Assembly: GCA_963710755.1 (NCBI GenBank)
Contig: CAVQBK010000003.1
Span: forward strand, 192,001-256,000
Source of the DNA: an uncultured bacterium
Lineage (GTDB): Bacteria; Oederibacteriota; JAAXVQ01; JAUVAV01
Length of the DNA: 64,000 bases
Direction: 5' to 3'
The position numbers were made by a program, and so were the translations under genes. Under the pieces are notes generated by a model. It was not told where the DNA came from. It saw only the letters and a list, made by a program, of their open reading frames with translations, and ran no database searches. The number at the start of each line of letters is the position of its first letter. The stretch's first letter is position 1. This document shows positions 1 to 9,343 of this stretch, piece after piece.

Positions 1-522
1 ATCTCGCTGTACCAGCGCCTGCTGATGGCGGGTTTGCTGCAACACATGAATCAATTCATGGGCCAGTAGCAGCCGTCCGGGTTGGGTCTGCGGTGCATAC
101 TGGCCAAGGCCGAAATAAATATGGCGGCCCCGCGCAAATGCTTTGGCATTGAGGCCTTTGGCTTGCTCGGCAGCCTGCCTGTCCGTGTGGAGGGTAATGC
201 TCTTCTGCTGCGGGCCCCAAGGCATGGTCAGCCAGTCCTGTAAATAGGGACTTGCAGCCAGCGATTCCGCCAGATGACGCGCCTGGCTTTCGCTTGGGCC
301 GGTGGCGGTGGGATGGCTCCAGCAGCAGCGGGGACAGCCGCCGTCACAGGTGCAGATCCCAGCCGGCAAAGCCGGTGGCGGCGCCAGCGGCCCTGCGCCT
401 GCTGACAGGCGGTTTGTCTCAGGCGCGCGTTGCGGGCTGTCCTGTACCTTGATAGGTTCGTGCCTGGCTTTGGCCGGTGCCTTGGCTGCTGATGGTTGCG
501 GCGCTGCTTTTTTCACAAGCAC
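1..522 (-). CDS. DUF4157 (eCIS core) protein, N-terminal part; runs off the window edge
   Basis: Not in the ORF track; translated by hand from GTG at 522 behind AAAGGAG. It reads VLVKKAAP...ICTCDGGCPRC...NAKAFARGRHIYF...LLLAHELIHVLQQ...LVQRD and stays open to position 1. Confidence 0.88.
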   Translation of the reverse strand, partial: MLVKKAAPQPSAAKAPAKARHEPIKVQDSPQRAPETNRLSAGAGPLAPPPALPAGICTCDGGCPRCCWSHPTATGPSESQARHLAESLAASPYLQDWLTMPWGPQQKSITLHTDRQAAEQAKGLNAKAFARGRHIYFGLGQYAPQTQPGRLLLAHELIHVLQQTRHQQALVQRD

Positions 523-854
523 TGTCTCCTTTGTTTTTTCATGATCATAAAATCTAAACCCCTAGTGGCTTTAACGGCCCGGCGGTTCCTAACAAATGGT
601 TCTCCCGTCTCCCTGTGATTAATGGCTTTTATTAACAGGACGGTTGAGAGATCGGAAGAAGATCTAATGACGTTAGGGTTAATCGCGCAGCGCTTCCCCA
701 AAGTTCTTCTTCCTCAACTTTTGCCTTCCTGTGATTAATATTTTTTTTACAGGGCGCCCGTAAGCGCACAGACAAGCTCAACCTACTTTTAAAGATTCAT
801 CATGCCCCCATTCATAAAAGCTCTTCCTCCCCAGCCCTCCTGTGGCCAATAAGC

Positions 855-2507
855 TTACTTACCAAATAGTTTTTTTATAAGCGCCACTTCATCAAAGGTC
901 CCGCTCAGGCCCACCACGGTCGTGCTGCCGGCTGTGCTCCACGATTGGTTGATCATCAGGTTAAGATCATCCTGCTCGCCGATCAAGCCCAGCTGCGCGG
1001 CCAGAGACCAGCCAAAGGTCGCTTTTTTCTGATCCAAGCCAATGCCCAGCGACGGGCCGGTCAGAACATCCACATAGGACAAAGGTGTGGGCTTCATCAC
1101 CCTCAGACCCAATTGCGGCTCCACACTGAGCCGCTTGTGCGCTGACCCGGTAATGCCCAGGCCTACCTGGGTCATGATGGGCAGCACGCCCAGCAGTCTT
1201 TTGGGCATGTCGTCCTTGCCGTAAAGCAGCTGCTTCATAATGGTCATGTAGACCAATCGGCGGCTCACGCTGTCCTTGGGAATGGCCGGATTATTGGGCG
1301 CCGGCATGGTGCCCACCTGCAGTTTACCCTGACCGGCCAGAGCGCCAAAATCAGCGGTCTTAAGCGAGGCCTTTTGCGCGGCCGAGAGCGCTTGCAGAAA
1401 TTGGCTGATCAAAGCCTGCGTATTGGTTTTGGCGGTCTCATACCCCTGCCCATTGTCCTTGGGATCATCGCAATTCCAGCTTCTGCCCTGATCGTCGGTT
1501 TTTCGGTCATGGCCTTTGCCCTTGATGCCTTCCTGATGCGACCCCCGGTCCTGACCCACATGCAGGGCCATACCCCAGTACACCATGGCTTGTTTGGTAA
1601 TCTTGCCGTCCGACATCAGACTCAGGGCTTTGGCCAGATGCTCTTTGGCGCGCGCCTCATTGTCCTTGGTTTTGGAACCCTTGTATTTGTAGAGATTGGC
1701 TTCGCCATGATTGGGCGCTTCATAATCGGAAAGGGTTTCTGTAAACAGCGACAGGATGGGGATATGGGGACTTTTAATAATGGTCCCGATGATCGGCATT
1801 TTGGCCAGGAGAAAGTCCTGGCCATAGTAAAGGTAGTTGCAGCCGCGCTGATCCAATTGCCCGGCATAGAAAGCAAGTTTGACCAACGCGTCGGCGCTGA
1901 ACTGGCCGCTGAAGTAGGCGTTGATAATATCTTTGGTAATGGTTTGATGGATGGAGGCAGGCCAGCAGTGCACGCATGGTTTTTGTGATCGCTCCTGCTG
2001 CACCACGTGCGCCAGTTCATGGGCCAGCAGTTCCCGGCCGGCGGTGGTAAAAGGAGCGTAAGCAGCATGATTAAAATACAGATGACGGCCATAAGTAAAA
2101 GCCTGCGCGCCCAGGCTGGAGGTTAGTTGGCGGGCACGCGCCCCGCGGTGAATACGAACTCGGGAAAAGTCATGGCCAAAACGGTACTCCAAGGTGCGCC
2201 GTTCTTCCTGTGCCATGATTGTGCCCTGCTCTTCTTGCGGGGGACCTTGCAGCGCTTGATCTGAGCTGACCTCAGCCCCGGCAGGTGGAGCCTTGCCCTG
2301 CAGCGCTTGGCGGGCCATGCGATTGGCATGGTCTTCAGTGGCCTGATAGGTGCTTGATCGCTTGGTCACACAGATGGGGCAGCCGCCGTCGCAGCTACAT
2401 TTTTTGTTCAAAGGTATTGGCAGTGCCGTTGGTTTGGCGGCCACCGGCCGAGGCGGAACTGTGGGCTGCCGGGTCATCATTGGTCTTTGCGGTTCGAACC
2501 ATTTCAT
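855..2507 (-). CDS. DUF4157 protein with Zn-dependent phospholipase C/P1-nuclease-like domain (putative eCIS effector)
   Basis: ATG 2507 follows AGGAGG. Contains CSCDGGCPIC and DUF4157 motifs (FGHDFSRVRIH, AQAFTYG, LLAHELAHVVQQ), then WPASIH and ALHVGQDRGSH (W...H and HxxxD...H pattern). Confidence 0.8.
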   Translation of the reverse strand: MKWFEPQRPMMTRQPTVPPRPVAAKPTALPIPLNKKCSCDGGCPICVTKRSSTYQATEDHANRMARQALQGKAPPAGAEVSSDQALQGPPQEEQGTIMAQEERRTLEYRFGHDFSRVRIHRGARARQLTSSLGAQAFTYGRHLYFNHAAYAPFTTAGRELLAHELAHVVQQERSQKPCVHCWPASIHQTITKDIINAYFSGQFSADALVKLAFYAGQLDQRGCNYLYYGQDFLLAKMPIIGTIIKSPHIPILSLFTETLSDYEAPNHGEANLYKYKGSKTKDNEARAKEHLAKALSLMSDGKITKQAMVYWGMALHVGQDRGSHQEGIKGKGHDRKTDDQGRSWNCDDPKDNGQGYETAKTNTQALISQFLQALSAAQKASLKTADFGALAGQGKLQVGTMPAPNNPAIPKDSVSRRLVYMTIMKQLLYGKDDMPKRLLGVLPIMTQVGLGITGSAHKRLSVEPQLGLRVMKPTPLSYVDVLTGPSLGIGLDQKKATFGWSLAAQLGLIGEQDDLNLMINQSWSTAGSTTVVGLSGTFDEVALIKKLFGK

Positions 2508-2518
2508 GCTACACCTCC

Positions 2519-3574
2519 TTACCTGAGGATGGTGAGCCTGCCCTCCCAATCAAGTAGTACCAAAGCCTCTTGAACAATACCTATATTATATACGCGTGAC
2601 TTGTCCCACAAGCACACCGGCCGGCCGGGCTGACCGGGCAGCAAAGCCCAAACCCTGCCCTGGTCATCGGAAAAAAGCAGGCGGCCGTCTTCCAGCACCA
2701 GTGCCAGCTGGCCCCCGGCCGTGGTGGGTGCGGGCGTGGTGTTTTCAAATTCCACATAATCATACACCTGTGGGTTGTCTGCCGACAGCCGAACCTTTTG
2801 ATAGTTGAGACCATTGCATACATGCCAAATACCATGAGTATCCACCACGCCTTGAGGGAGGCGGTTGTTGGTCAGTTTGAGGCTGTGCACGGGTTGTCCG
2901 CTTTTGAGGCTCAAAGCCACAATGCCGTTCTCCTCGGTGCTGATCCACAGCAGACCCTCTTTGGCGGCCACCAGATCGCCCGGTGGCCGGTCAAATGCCC
3001 TCTGCCAGCGCACTTCACCGCTTTCAACATCCAGAGCTATAATCGTTTTAACGGCCTGCAGGGGACACGCCAGCAATAGGTCGCCCACGGGCAACACGCC
3101 GGTCAGGGCTTCCTGCTTGACCCACAAGGACCGAGCCCTGCCCGTGTCCACCAGTTCACTTTCCCATGTCCCTCCATGTTCGCGCAGCACCAGAAGCCGA
3201 TGGTCGGGCAGACCCAGGCCGGCCGCATCTTTGCCCGGCAAGTCCGTGGCCCACACCTGTATGGGCCCATGCAACCCGTCCCAGCGCCACAGGTTGCCTT
3301 CCCTATCCGTCAGCACGGCCGGACTCTCATACCCGGGTCCATAAGCGGCTACACTCAAGGCCGGCCCGGACCCCAGTCCGTGGGGCAATACTTGACGCAG
3401 GTTCTCTTCCGGCCCCTGATACAGATAAAGCCGCGGCCCATAATGAACCAGCTTGGTCAGGCCGGGATTGAGGCCGACAGCGCCCGACCAGACCGGTTCA
3501 AAGCGGTTGGGCAATGACAAAACAGAAGGGCTAAAATTCAGCCGCTGCGGCAGGCCGGCGACCAATAAATTCAT
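2519..3574 (-). CDS. PQQ-like beta-propeller protein (possible immunity/accessory protein)
   Basis: ATG 3574 follows AAAGGAG. Blade-like repeats: LVDTGRARSLW, ALDVESGEVRWQ, VALSLKSGQPV. Directly downstream of the 1515-aa toxin-like gene. Confidence 0.7.
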   Translation of the reverse strand: MNLLVAGLPQRLNFSPSVLSLPNRFEPVWSGAVGLNPGLTKLVHYGPRLYLYQGPEENLRQVLPHGLGSGPALSVAAYGPGYESPAVLTDREGNLWRWDGLHGPIQVWATDLPGKDAAGLGLPDHRLLVLREHGGTWESELVDTGRARSLWVKQEALTGVLPVGDLLLACPLQAVKTIIALDVESGEVRWQRAFDRPPGDLVAAKEGLLWISTEENGIVALSLKSGQPVHSLKLTNNRLPQGVVDTHGIWHVCNGLNYQKVRLSADNPQVYDYVEFENTTPAPTTAGGQLALVLEDGRLLFSDDQGRVWALLPGQPGRPVCLWDKSRVYNIGIVQEALVLLDWEGRLTILR

Positions 3575-3585
3575 GTGGACTCCTT

Positions 3586-6500
3586 TCAAGGCGCTGTTCC
3601 CCTTAATCCGGAAGCACTGGAAATTTCAATCAAGTCGGCACTGGCGAATGCCTTCATGATGTCCACTTTAGCATTTACGGGAGCGTTTTCCAGCACTTTT
3701 TGCAAGGCTTCATTCATGGCCGCTTGGATCTCGGCCTTGGGCACCGGGCCGGGCGCGCGGAACACCCAGCGAATGGTGCGCAAGCCCCCGGGATTGCTAA
3801 AGTTGTCGGTCCGCAACAGCACATCGCGGCCGAACTGGCTCTTGAGCGAACCGGGGAACCAATTGTTCCAATCTTTGAGTTCCAGCCTGGTGCCGTCCTT
3901 GAGCTCTATATCATAGCGCCGCACTTTTTCCTCACCCTCGATGACAAGGCTCTGGGTGACTTCAAAGGCTTTGATATTGTCCAGTCCCACGCCGGCCTTG
4001 GCATATTCCATTTGCCACATGCCGCCGCGCCAGTTATTGCGGCTGGTGGTCATGGATCGCATCACGTCGTAACTGCCGGGAATGTTTTTATCCATCATCT
4101 CGCCAAAGGTGCGTAGCACAAAATTGCGCTCCCCTGCGCTGCGGGCGCGGTTGAAGATCATGCCTGTATTCATCAGCTCCCCGTTGGGACCCGGCCGGGA
4201 GGCATGGAGCAAACCCCGCAGTTCGGCAATGTCCAGGCCCTGTTCGCCAAAGGTTACGCGCAGGGCTTCGCCCACCTCGGCATCGGTCATGGACGAGAGC
4301 TTGCCTTCCCGCAGTTTGGTCATGGCATCAGGACCGAATTTTTTGGTCAGCCGTTGACTGACCCTTTCATAGGCTTTCTTGGCCAATTCATCCAATTTGG
4401 TGGTGCCGTAACGCTCAGCCTGTTTGATCTGCTTTTCCGCGGCATCGAGCGCCCATTTGGTTTTTTTCAAGGTGCCTTGTCTGGTGCTGTCGCGCGGCTT
4501 GAGCTTGCGGATATCGTCAATGGTGGTATCGGCAAAGCCCAGCCGGTCGGCGCGCTCCACGAGGTTCTCCTTACGCTGGGCCAGTTTTTCCCTCCTGGCC
4601 TTGATCGCTTCCGAGACTTCCGGTTTAACACCGGCCACGGGCGCTTGGCCTCCGGCAGGCATGGGCTTGAAGGTCAACAGGCGTGTGCCTGAGCTGACAT
4701 GAATGACGCCGTCCTTATCAGGCTTGCTGGTATGACTTTCTCCGTAAAATTCCTTGATCTTGCCTTCCGTGCCCGGCTTATAAAAATAGGTGCTGCCTGC
4801 TTCCGCGCTGGCCATGATCTTGGTGGCTTTTAAAAATTCCGCTTCCTTGAGCATGTTTCCCATGTCGGCAATGCGTCCCAGCTCGGCATTAACTTCCTTG
4901 GCCACCTGGGCATATTCCGGCTGGCCTTTGTAAGCTGCTTTAATATCGGACAAAAGCGTTTTTTGTTTGGCCATTAGTTCCCGCTGTTTGGCCATGAGGA
5001 CCGGGGCTTCCGTGTTGGCGGCTTTGGTATCGCCGATGAGCTCCGAAAGGCTGATTTGCACTTGCCTGGTCTCGGTGGTCAAGTCGGTGTAACGTGATTG
5101 CAACTTGGTCAATTTACGACCCCGCGCCCAGATACCGACTTTTTCCGTGTAGGGACGGGAAAGCCTGGCGCCTACTTCCATCATGGCAATGAAAAGCAGG
5201 TTTTCGTAAATAAGCAGAAACAGCTCATCCCCCTCGGGCATATGCCCGTTGGCCCGGTAAAATTCTTCCACGCTGAAGGCAATGAAAAAGCCTGTTTCCA
5301 TGGTAACACTCATGGCTCGGGCAATGCCCTGGGCGCCCCGGCTGGCCACGTAGGCTTCCTCCCCGCCCACGGCTGCAGTCACCAGACTGCGCGAAACCGC
5401 GCTGAAGATAAAATTGAGGCCTTTAAAAACGCCAAAGGTGCCGGCCGTAATGCCGGCCTTGAGGAAAAAGTCTCCTGCCTGACCGCCGGGCGCATTGGGA
5501 TCGAGGCCGCTCTGGCCGGTAGTTAAATACTCCTTGCCTACATTGAGCCCTTCGTAGATCACACCGGTGAGGGCCAATTGGGTAAGCGTGTAGCCTATGC
5601 CTTCGGTGGTGCCCCAGATCCAGGCCGCCACACCGGCGGCAATTTCGCCGGCTACAAAAATCATGGCCACGCCCAAGGCCACCGACGCGCCCAGGGTGGC
5701 CACGGCCATGATGGTGCCCGCACGCTTGGCATGCGCCATGCGGTTGGCATAAAGCTGTTCAGCCAGATTGGTGAAATCCTCGGTTTTGCCGCTCATGGCC
5801 CCCGGGAGAAGGCCTGATGCTTCCTGGGTGTGGGGGAAGGTGTTGCCTTTGAGGACCTTAAAGCCCAGTTGTTTGTATGCCTGGTCGCGGATGGCATTAC
5901 CCAGATCACCGTCCAGATAGAGCGCTGTGATTTTGCGCGTGCGCAGTTTTTCCAGCGTGTCAGCCAGCTCACTGGCTGAGTGATTGGCCCAGCCTTTCAT
6001 TTGCTCCAGAGAGAAGCCGTCCACGGTGATACCCTGGGCGAGTTGCACGGCTTTGGACAGGGTGCCCATGGTGGTCTGCAGGGCCGTGCGCTTATCTTTG
6101 GGCACGCCCATAAATTCCAGCAATCTTTTCTGGTCATCACCTTTGCGCATGGCAAAGACCAGCACAAACATGCGCAGTTTCTCCTGATCCTTCACCATGC
6201 CCTGAAGCTGATCGTGCGCTTCCTTCAAAGGATCAAAGAGAATGCGCTGGGCCGTATTCTCCACCATCATCACCATCTCGTCGGCCACGGCCATGGCCAG
6301 ATGGGGCCTGTCCTCCAACGTTTTATGAAACCGGGGATCCCCCACGGGCCGGTCGGTCTCGATCATCAGGTACTGGCGCATGAGGTCGCCCATGCGTTGC
6401 ACGTGGGTCAGGTAAAAATTAAGCGGCGTCTGTCCCCCTTCCTTGGGATTACCCTGGGGATCGAGTTCGTAGACCAGATTGGCGGTGTTCCATTGGTCGG

Positions 6501-8133
6501 CATGTTTGAAAAATTCATTCTTGGCTTGAAAGTACTGCCAGTCCAGATCATTGAGCAACCGCAGGCCGCGTACACGCAGGGATGCAAAGGGCTTGTCGGG
6601 CTTGGGATCAAGTGCCGTTTTCTCCTTGAGCACCTCGTCATAGCTGAGCTTATCGAGCTCCACCCATCTGGCCACGGCCTGGCTGTGGGTCAAAGGTTTG
6701 CGGCCGTAATCACCACGCCCCATGTTGTAGACTTCGCACTCTTGAGGATCACCGGCCAGGCCGTCGGCAGCTTCGCCCTCGGAGCGATAATAGCGGTTGG
6801 CCAGAATCTGCAAAGAGTCCAGACGCTTACCGTCCAGGTACACCCCCGCGAGGCGGCTGCCCGGATAATCATCGAGCACCTTGGTGCTGAAATCATCGTG
6901 CCTGATATTATCGGACAAACGCCGCAAATGTTCTCGGGTCATGGAGAAGGCAATGAACCGGCCGTCAGCGGTCATGATGCAGGCCCAAGCATCCTTGGGG
7001 TGGGTGGCCGCGAATTGATCGAATTGTTCAATGGTATCAAAGGACCAGACCCGGTGCTGGTTTACAGGCGGCGTTTCCGGTTCCGGCGGCCTAACTTCAA
7101 ATTTGGGCATGGGTAGCTCGCCTTCCATCTCAGGCAGAGGTTGCGGTTGATAGTCATTGGTCACCGTGTTAGGCGCGGTCTTAGTCACGGTTTTGTTGTC
7201 CGGCAAATTATAACTAATGGTGCCGGGAAAGCTGTAATTGTGGATGAGGCGCACCGGCCCCTGCGAATAGTCACAGAGGGTCTGCTCCACCGAGCGGTCA
7301 ATGCTGGCCTCAATGGTAAAGTCCGCCGTGATGGCAATCGTCCCTATGCCGCCATGGCCCGTGGGTGAAGGTATGCTTTTAAATGAGAAATTGTTCAGCC
7401 TATGGTTGGGCGCAGGCGTCCAGCGGTAAACCACCCAGGGCTGGCCTTGGTAGGATAATATGGCCTGACCGGCGCTGATGTCCTGATCCAAGGTCAGGCC
7501 ATTTTTAAGATCAATATGTTCTTCCGTGGCTGCTGGTTGGCGCTGCATGGGGCTGTCGGGCAAGGCGCGGATGTTAAAGGGCCGCCCTGCAGCCAAAGCA
7601 GCGGACGCTTGCTCGGCCTCAACTTCAGCTGCAAAAGAAGGGGAACGATTACCCCGTGCTTGGCCTTGCTGAACCACATGGCTCAGTTCATGGCCCAGAA
7701 GACGGTGGCCGGCAGCTGAGCCTGGTGTATATTCGTTGGGGGCAAAAGCAATGTCCGACCCTTGTGTGAAGGCGGTGGCATGGACAGCCGCAGCCGCTTG
7801 CTGACCTTCACCGTTGCGGTGCAGACGTACCTCCTTGAGGTCCACCCCCAGAAGAGGTTCAAAGTACTGACGTTCATGGGCAGCCAGGGGCTCGCCCGGA
7901 CCGGAAAGATTAACCCCGCCCGAACCGCCTGGGTGCAAAGGTGCCAGTGGCGCCAAAGGTGCTGATGCTTCCGCCCCTAGACAGCGGGGACAACCGCCGT
8001 CGCAGGGACAAGGTCCGGCGATTGGGTCGGCTGTTCTTAGGGCCGTCCGGTTGGCGGCTGGAGACAGTACGGCCGGCTTGGACCCATTGGCCTTGCGCTG
8101 TGGCGAGGATTTCTGCCCGGAACGGGCTTTCAT
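3586..8133 (-). CDS. Large DUF4157 polymorphic toxin-like protein with central hydrophobic helices and a C-terminal PD-(D/E)xK nuclease-like domain
   Basis: CPCDGGCPRC; LLGHELSHVVQQ; Gly/Ala-rich hydrophobic helices at about aa 810-990; C-terminal RRYDIELKDGTRLELKDW...QFGRD...RWVF. Confidence 0.8.
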   Translation of the reverse strand: MKARSGQKSSPQRKANGSKPAVLSPAANRTALRTADPIAGPCPCDGGCPRCLGAEASAPLAPLAPLHPGGSGGVNLSGPGEPLAAHERQYFEPLLGVDLKEVRLHRNGEGQQAAAAVHATAFTQGSDIAFAPNEYTPGSAAGHRLLGHELSHVVQQGQARGNRSPSFAAEVEAEQASAALAAGRPFNIRALPDSPMQRQPAATEEHIDLKNGLTLDQDISAGQAILSYQGQPWVVYRWTPAPNHRLNNFSFKSIPSPTGHGGIGTIAITADFTIEASIDRSVEQTLCDYSQGPVRLIHNYSFPGTISYNLPDNKTVTKTAPNTVTNDYQPQPLPEMEGELPMPKFEVRPPEPETPPVNQHRVWSFDTIEQFDQFAATHPKDAWACIMTADGRFIAFSMTREHLRRLSDNIRHDDFSTKVLDDYPGSRLAGVYLDGKRLDSLQILANRYYRSEGEAADGLAGDPQECEVYNMGRGDYGRKPLTHSQAVARWVELDKLSYDEVLKEKTALDPKPDKPFASLRVRGLRLLNDLDWQYFQAKNEFFKHADQWNTANLVYELDPQGNPKEGGQTPLNFYLTHVQRMGDLMRQYLMIETDRPVGDPRFHKTLEDRPHLAMAVADEMVMMVENTAQRILFDPLKEAHDQLQGMVKDQEKLRMFVLVFAMRKGDDQKRLLEFMGVPKDKRTALQTTMGTLSKAVQLAQGITVDGFSLEQMKGWANHSASELADTLEKLRTRKITALYLDGDLGNAIRDQAYKQLGFKVLKGNTFPHTQEASGLLPGAMSGKTEDFTNLAEQLYANRMAHAKRAGTIMAVATLGASVALGVAMIFVAGEIAAGVAAWIWGTTEGIGYTLTQLALTGVIYEGLNVGKEYLTTGQSGLDPNAPGGQAGDFFLKAGITAGTFGVFKGLNFIFSAVSRSLVTAAVGGEEAYVASRGAQGIARAMSVTMETGFFIAFSVEEFYRANGHMPEGDELFLLIYENLLFIAMMEVGARLSRPYTEKVGIWARGRKLTKLQSRYTDLTTETRQVQISLSELIGDTKAANTEAPVLMAKQRELMAKQKTLLSDIKAAYKGQPEYAQVAKEVNAELGRIADMGNMLKEAEFLKATKIMASAEAGSTYFYKPGTEGKIKEFYGESHTSKPDKDGVIHVSSGTRLLTFKPMPAGGQAPVAGVKPEVSEAIKARREKLAQRKENLVERADRLGFADTTIDDIRKLKPRDSTRQGTLKKTKWALDAAEKQIKQAERYGTTKLDELAKKAYERVSQRLTKKFGPDAMTKLREGKLSSMTDAEVGEALRVTFGEQGLDIAELRGLLHASRPGPNGELMNTGMIFNRARSAGERNFVLRTFGEMMDKNIPGSYDVMRSMTTSRNNWRGGMWQMEYAKAGVGLDNIKAFEVTQSLVIEGEEKVRRYDIELKDGTRLELKDWNNWFPGSLKSQFGRDVLLRTDNFSNPGGLRTIRWVFRAPGPVPKAEIQAAMNEALQKVLENAPVNAKVDIMKAFASADLIEISSASGLRGTAP

Positions 8134-8135
8134 GA

Positions 8136-9230
8136 TCAGCCTTTATTCTGCCGGGACTTGCGGCTTTTGGGGCTTGCTTTTGGCTTGGGTTTGGCCTGTT
8201 TACTGGTGCGCTCCGGCTTGAGCTTCACGTTGTTGGTTTGCTCCGCAGGTTTGGTCTTCACCTCTTGCACAGGCCTGGGCATTTCCCGTGATTCCATGAT
8301 GATGTCAAACTGCTCCACTTTCCCGGCGTTGAAGCGCACGGCTTTTTTGGTGGTGTAGAGCATCATGCCCGAGGCATCCTCGACCTTCAGGTATAAATCC
8401 GGTCTGGCTTCAATGAGGTCACGGAATTTTTCCGTGCGGTAGGTCAGAGCGAACTCACCTTTGGCGTCCGTGGTGGTCGTGCCCAGGCGGTCGTCAAAGA
8501 TCAAGTCCTTGTCATAAAGGTTGATGGTCAGGTTAGGCATGGGCCGCTGTTTGGCATCGCGCACGCGGCCCACCACTTTCCATACATCAGGATCAAGGAT
8601 GACCTCATCCTCTCCTTCCGGCGGCGTGGGCACGCACACCTCCTTGAGCAGGATCTCACGGTAAAACATCTGTCCTGCCGCCAGCGGCAGGGCGGTTGTA
8701 TCCAGGTACATCGGTTTCTGCATCTTGTCCGTGATCAGCAGGTAAGCCGATGGCGCCGTACCGTCTTCCAACACCGGGGGCGCGTCCACCGTGAACTTGA
8801 AAAAACCCTGCTGATCCGTACAGGTATAGCCATAGGCCCGCTGCCACTTACCCTTCCGGTCCGCAAGGGCCACGGTCAGATCTCCCAGAGGCTGGTGATT
8901 TTGATCAAGCACGCGGCCCCGGATCAGCACCTGGTTAACCTGTACCTCCTCCACCGGCAGATCCAGTTTTTGCCGCTCGCTTTGCAGCACGGTTTTTCGG
9001 CCGGCTTCAAAAGCCAGCCGGTTGGTCAGGGCCTTGACCCGGGGATGATCTGCCCCCAGTTTGGCGGCCAGTCTGGTTTTTTCCCGGGTTAACGCATCGG
9101 TCTTGACCGATTGCCATTGTTGGGCCTGCTCCAGACCCAATTTGCGCAGGCCGTCGCTTCTGGTCAAAACCTGGTCAATATCAGAAACCGTATCTTCTGG
9201 CGTCAGGTTGGTCTTGCTGCTGGTGCTCAT
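8136..9230 (-). CDS. eCIS-associated protein: N-terminal coiled coil plus two carboxypeptidase-regulatory/transthyretin-like beta-sandwich repeats
   Basis: Repeated motif IRGRVLDQNHQPLGDLTV...TDQQGFF / VVGRVRDAKQRPMPNLTI...TDAKGEF; co-oriented within the operon. Confidence 0.65.
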   Translation of the reverse strand: MSTSSKTNLTPEDTVSDIDQVLTRSDGLRKLGLEQAQQWQSVKTDALTREKTRLAAKLGADHPRVKALTNRLAFEAGRKTVLQSERQKLDLPVEEVQVNQVLIRGRVLDQNHQPLGDLTVALADRKGKWQRAYGYTCTDQQGFFKFTVDAPPVLEDGTAPSAYLLITDKMQKPMYLDTTALPLAAGQMFYREILLKEVCVPTPPEGEDEVILDPDVWKVVGRVRDAKQRPMPNLTINLYDKDLIFDDRLGTTTTDAKGEFALTYRTEKFRDLIEARPDLYLKVEDASGMMLYTTKKAVRFNAGKVEQFDIIMESREMPRPVQEVKTKPAEQTNNVKLKPERTSKQAKPKPKASPKSRKSRQNKG

Positions 9231-9343
9231 GGCTAACCTCCGGTTTGTTTAATGAAAGACGCAAGTTACTTCCTGAAATCAAGAGTGTTTAATCTTTTTC
9301 CAAATTATTTATATCCAAGGCGATTATCCTGGAGATACCGCCT

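Noticed and set aside
545-850. Possible riboswitch or ncRNA between effector genes, with a short repeat CCCTGTGATTAAT/TCCTGTGATTAAT
   Set aside because: No recognisable aptamer consensus or convincing long stems; the repeat is too short to interpret.
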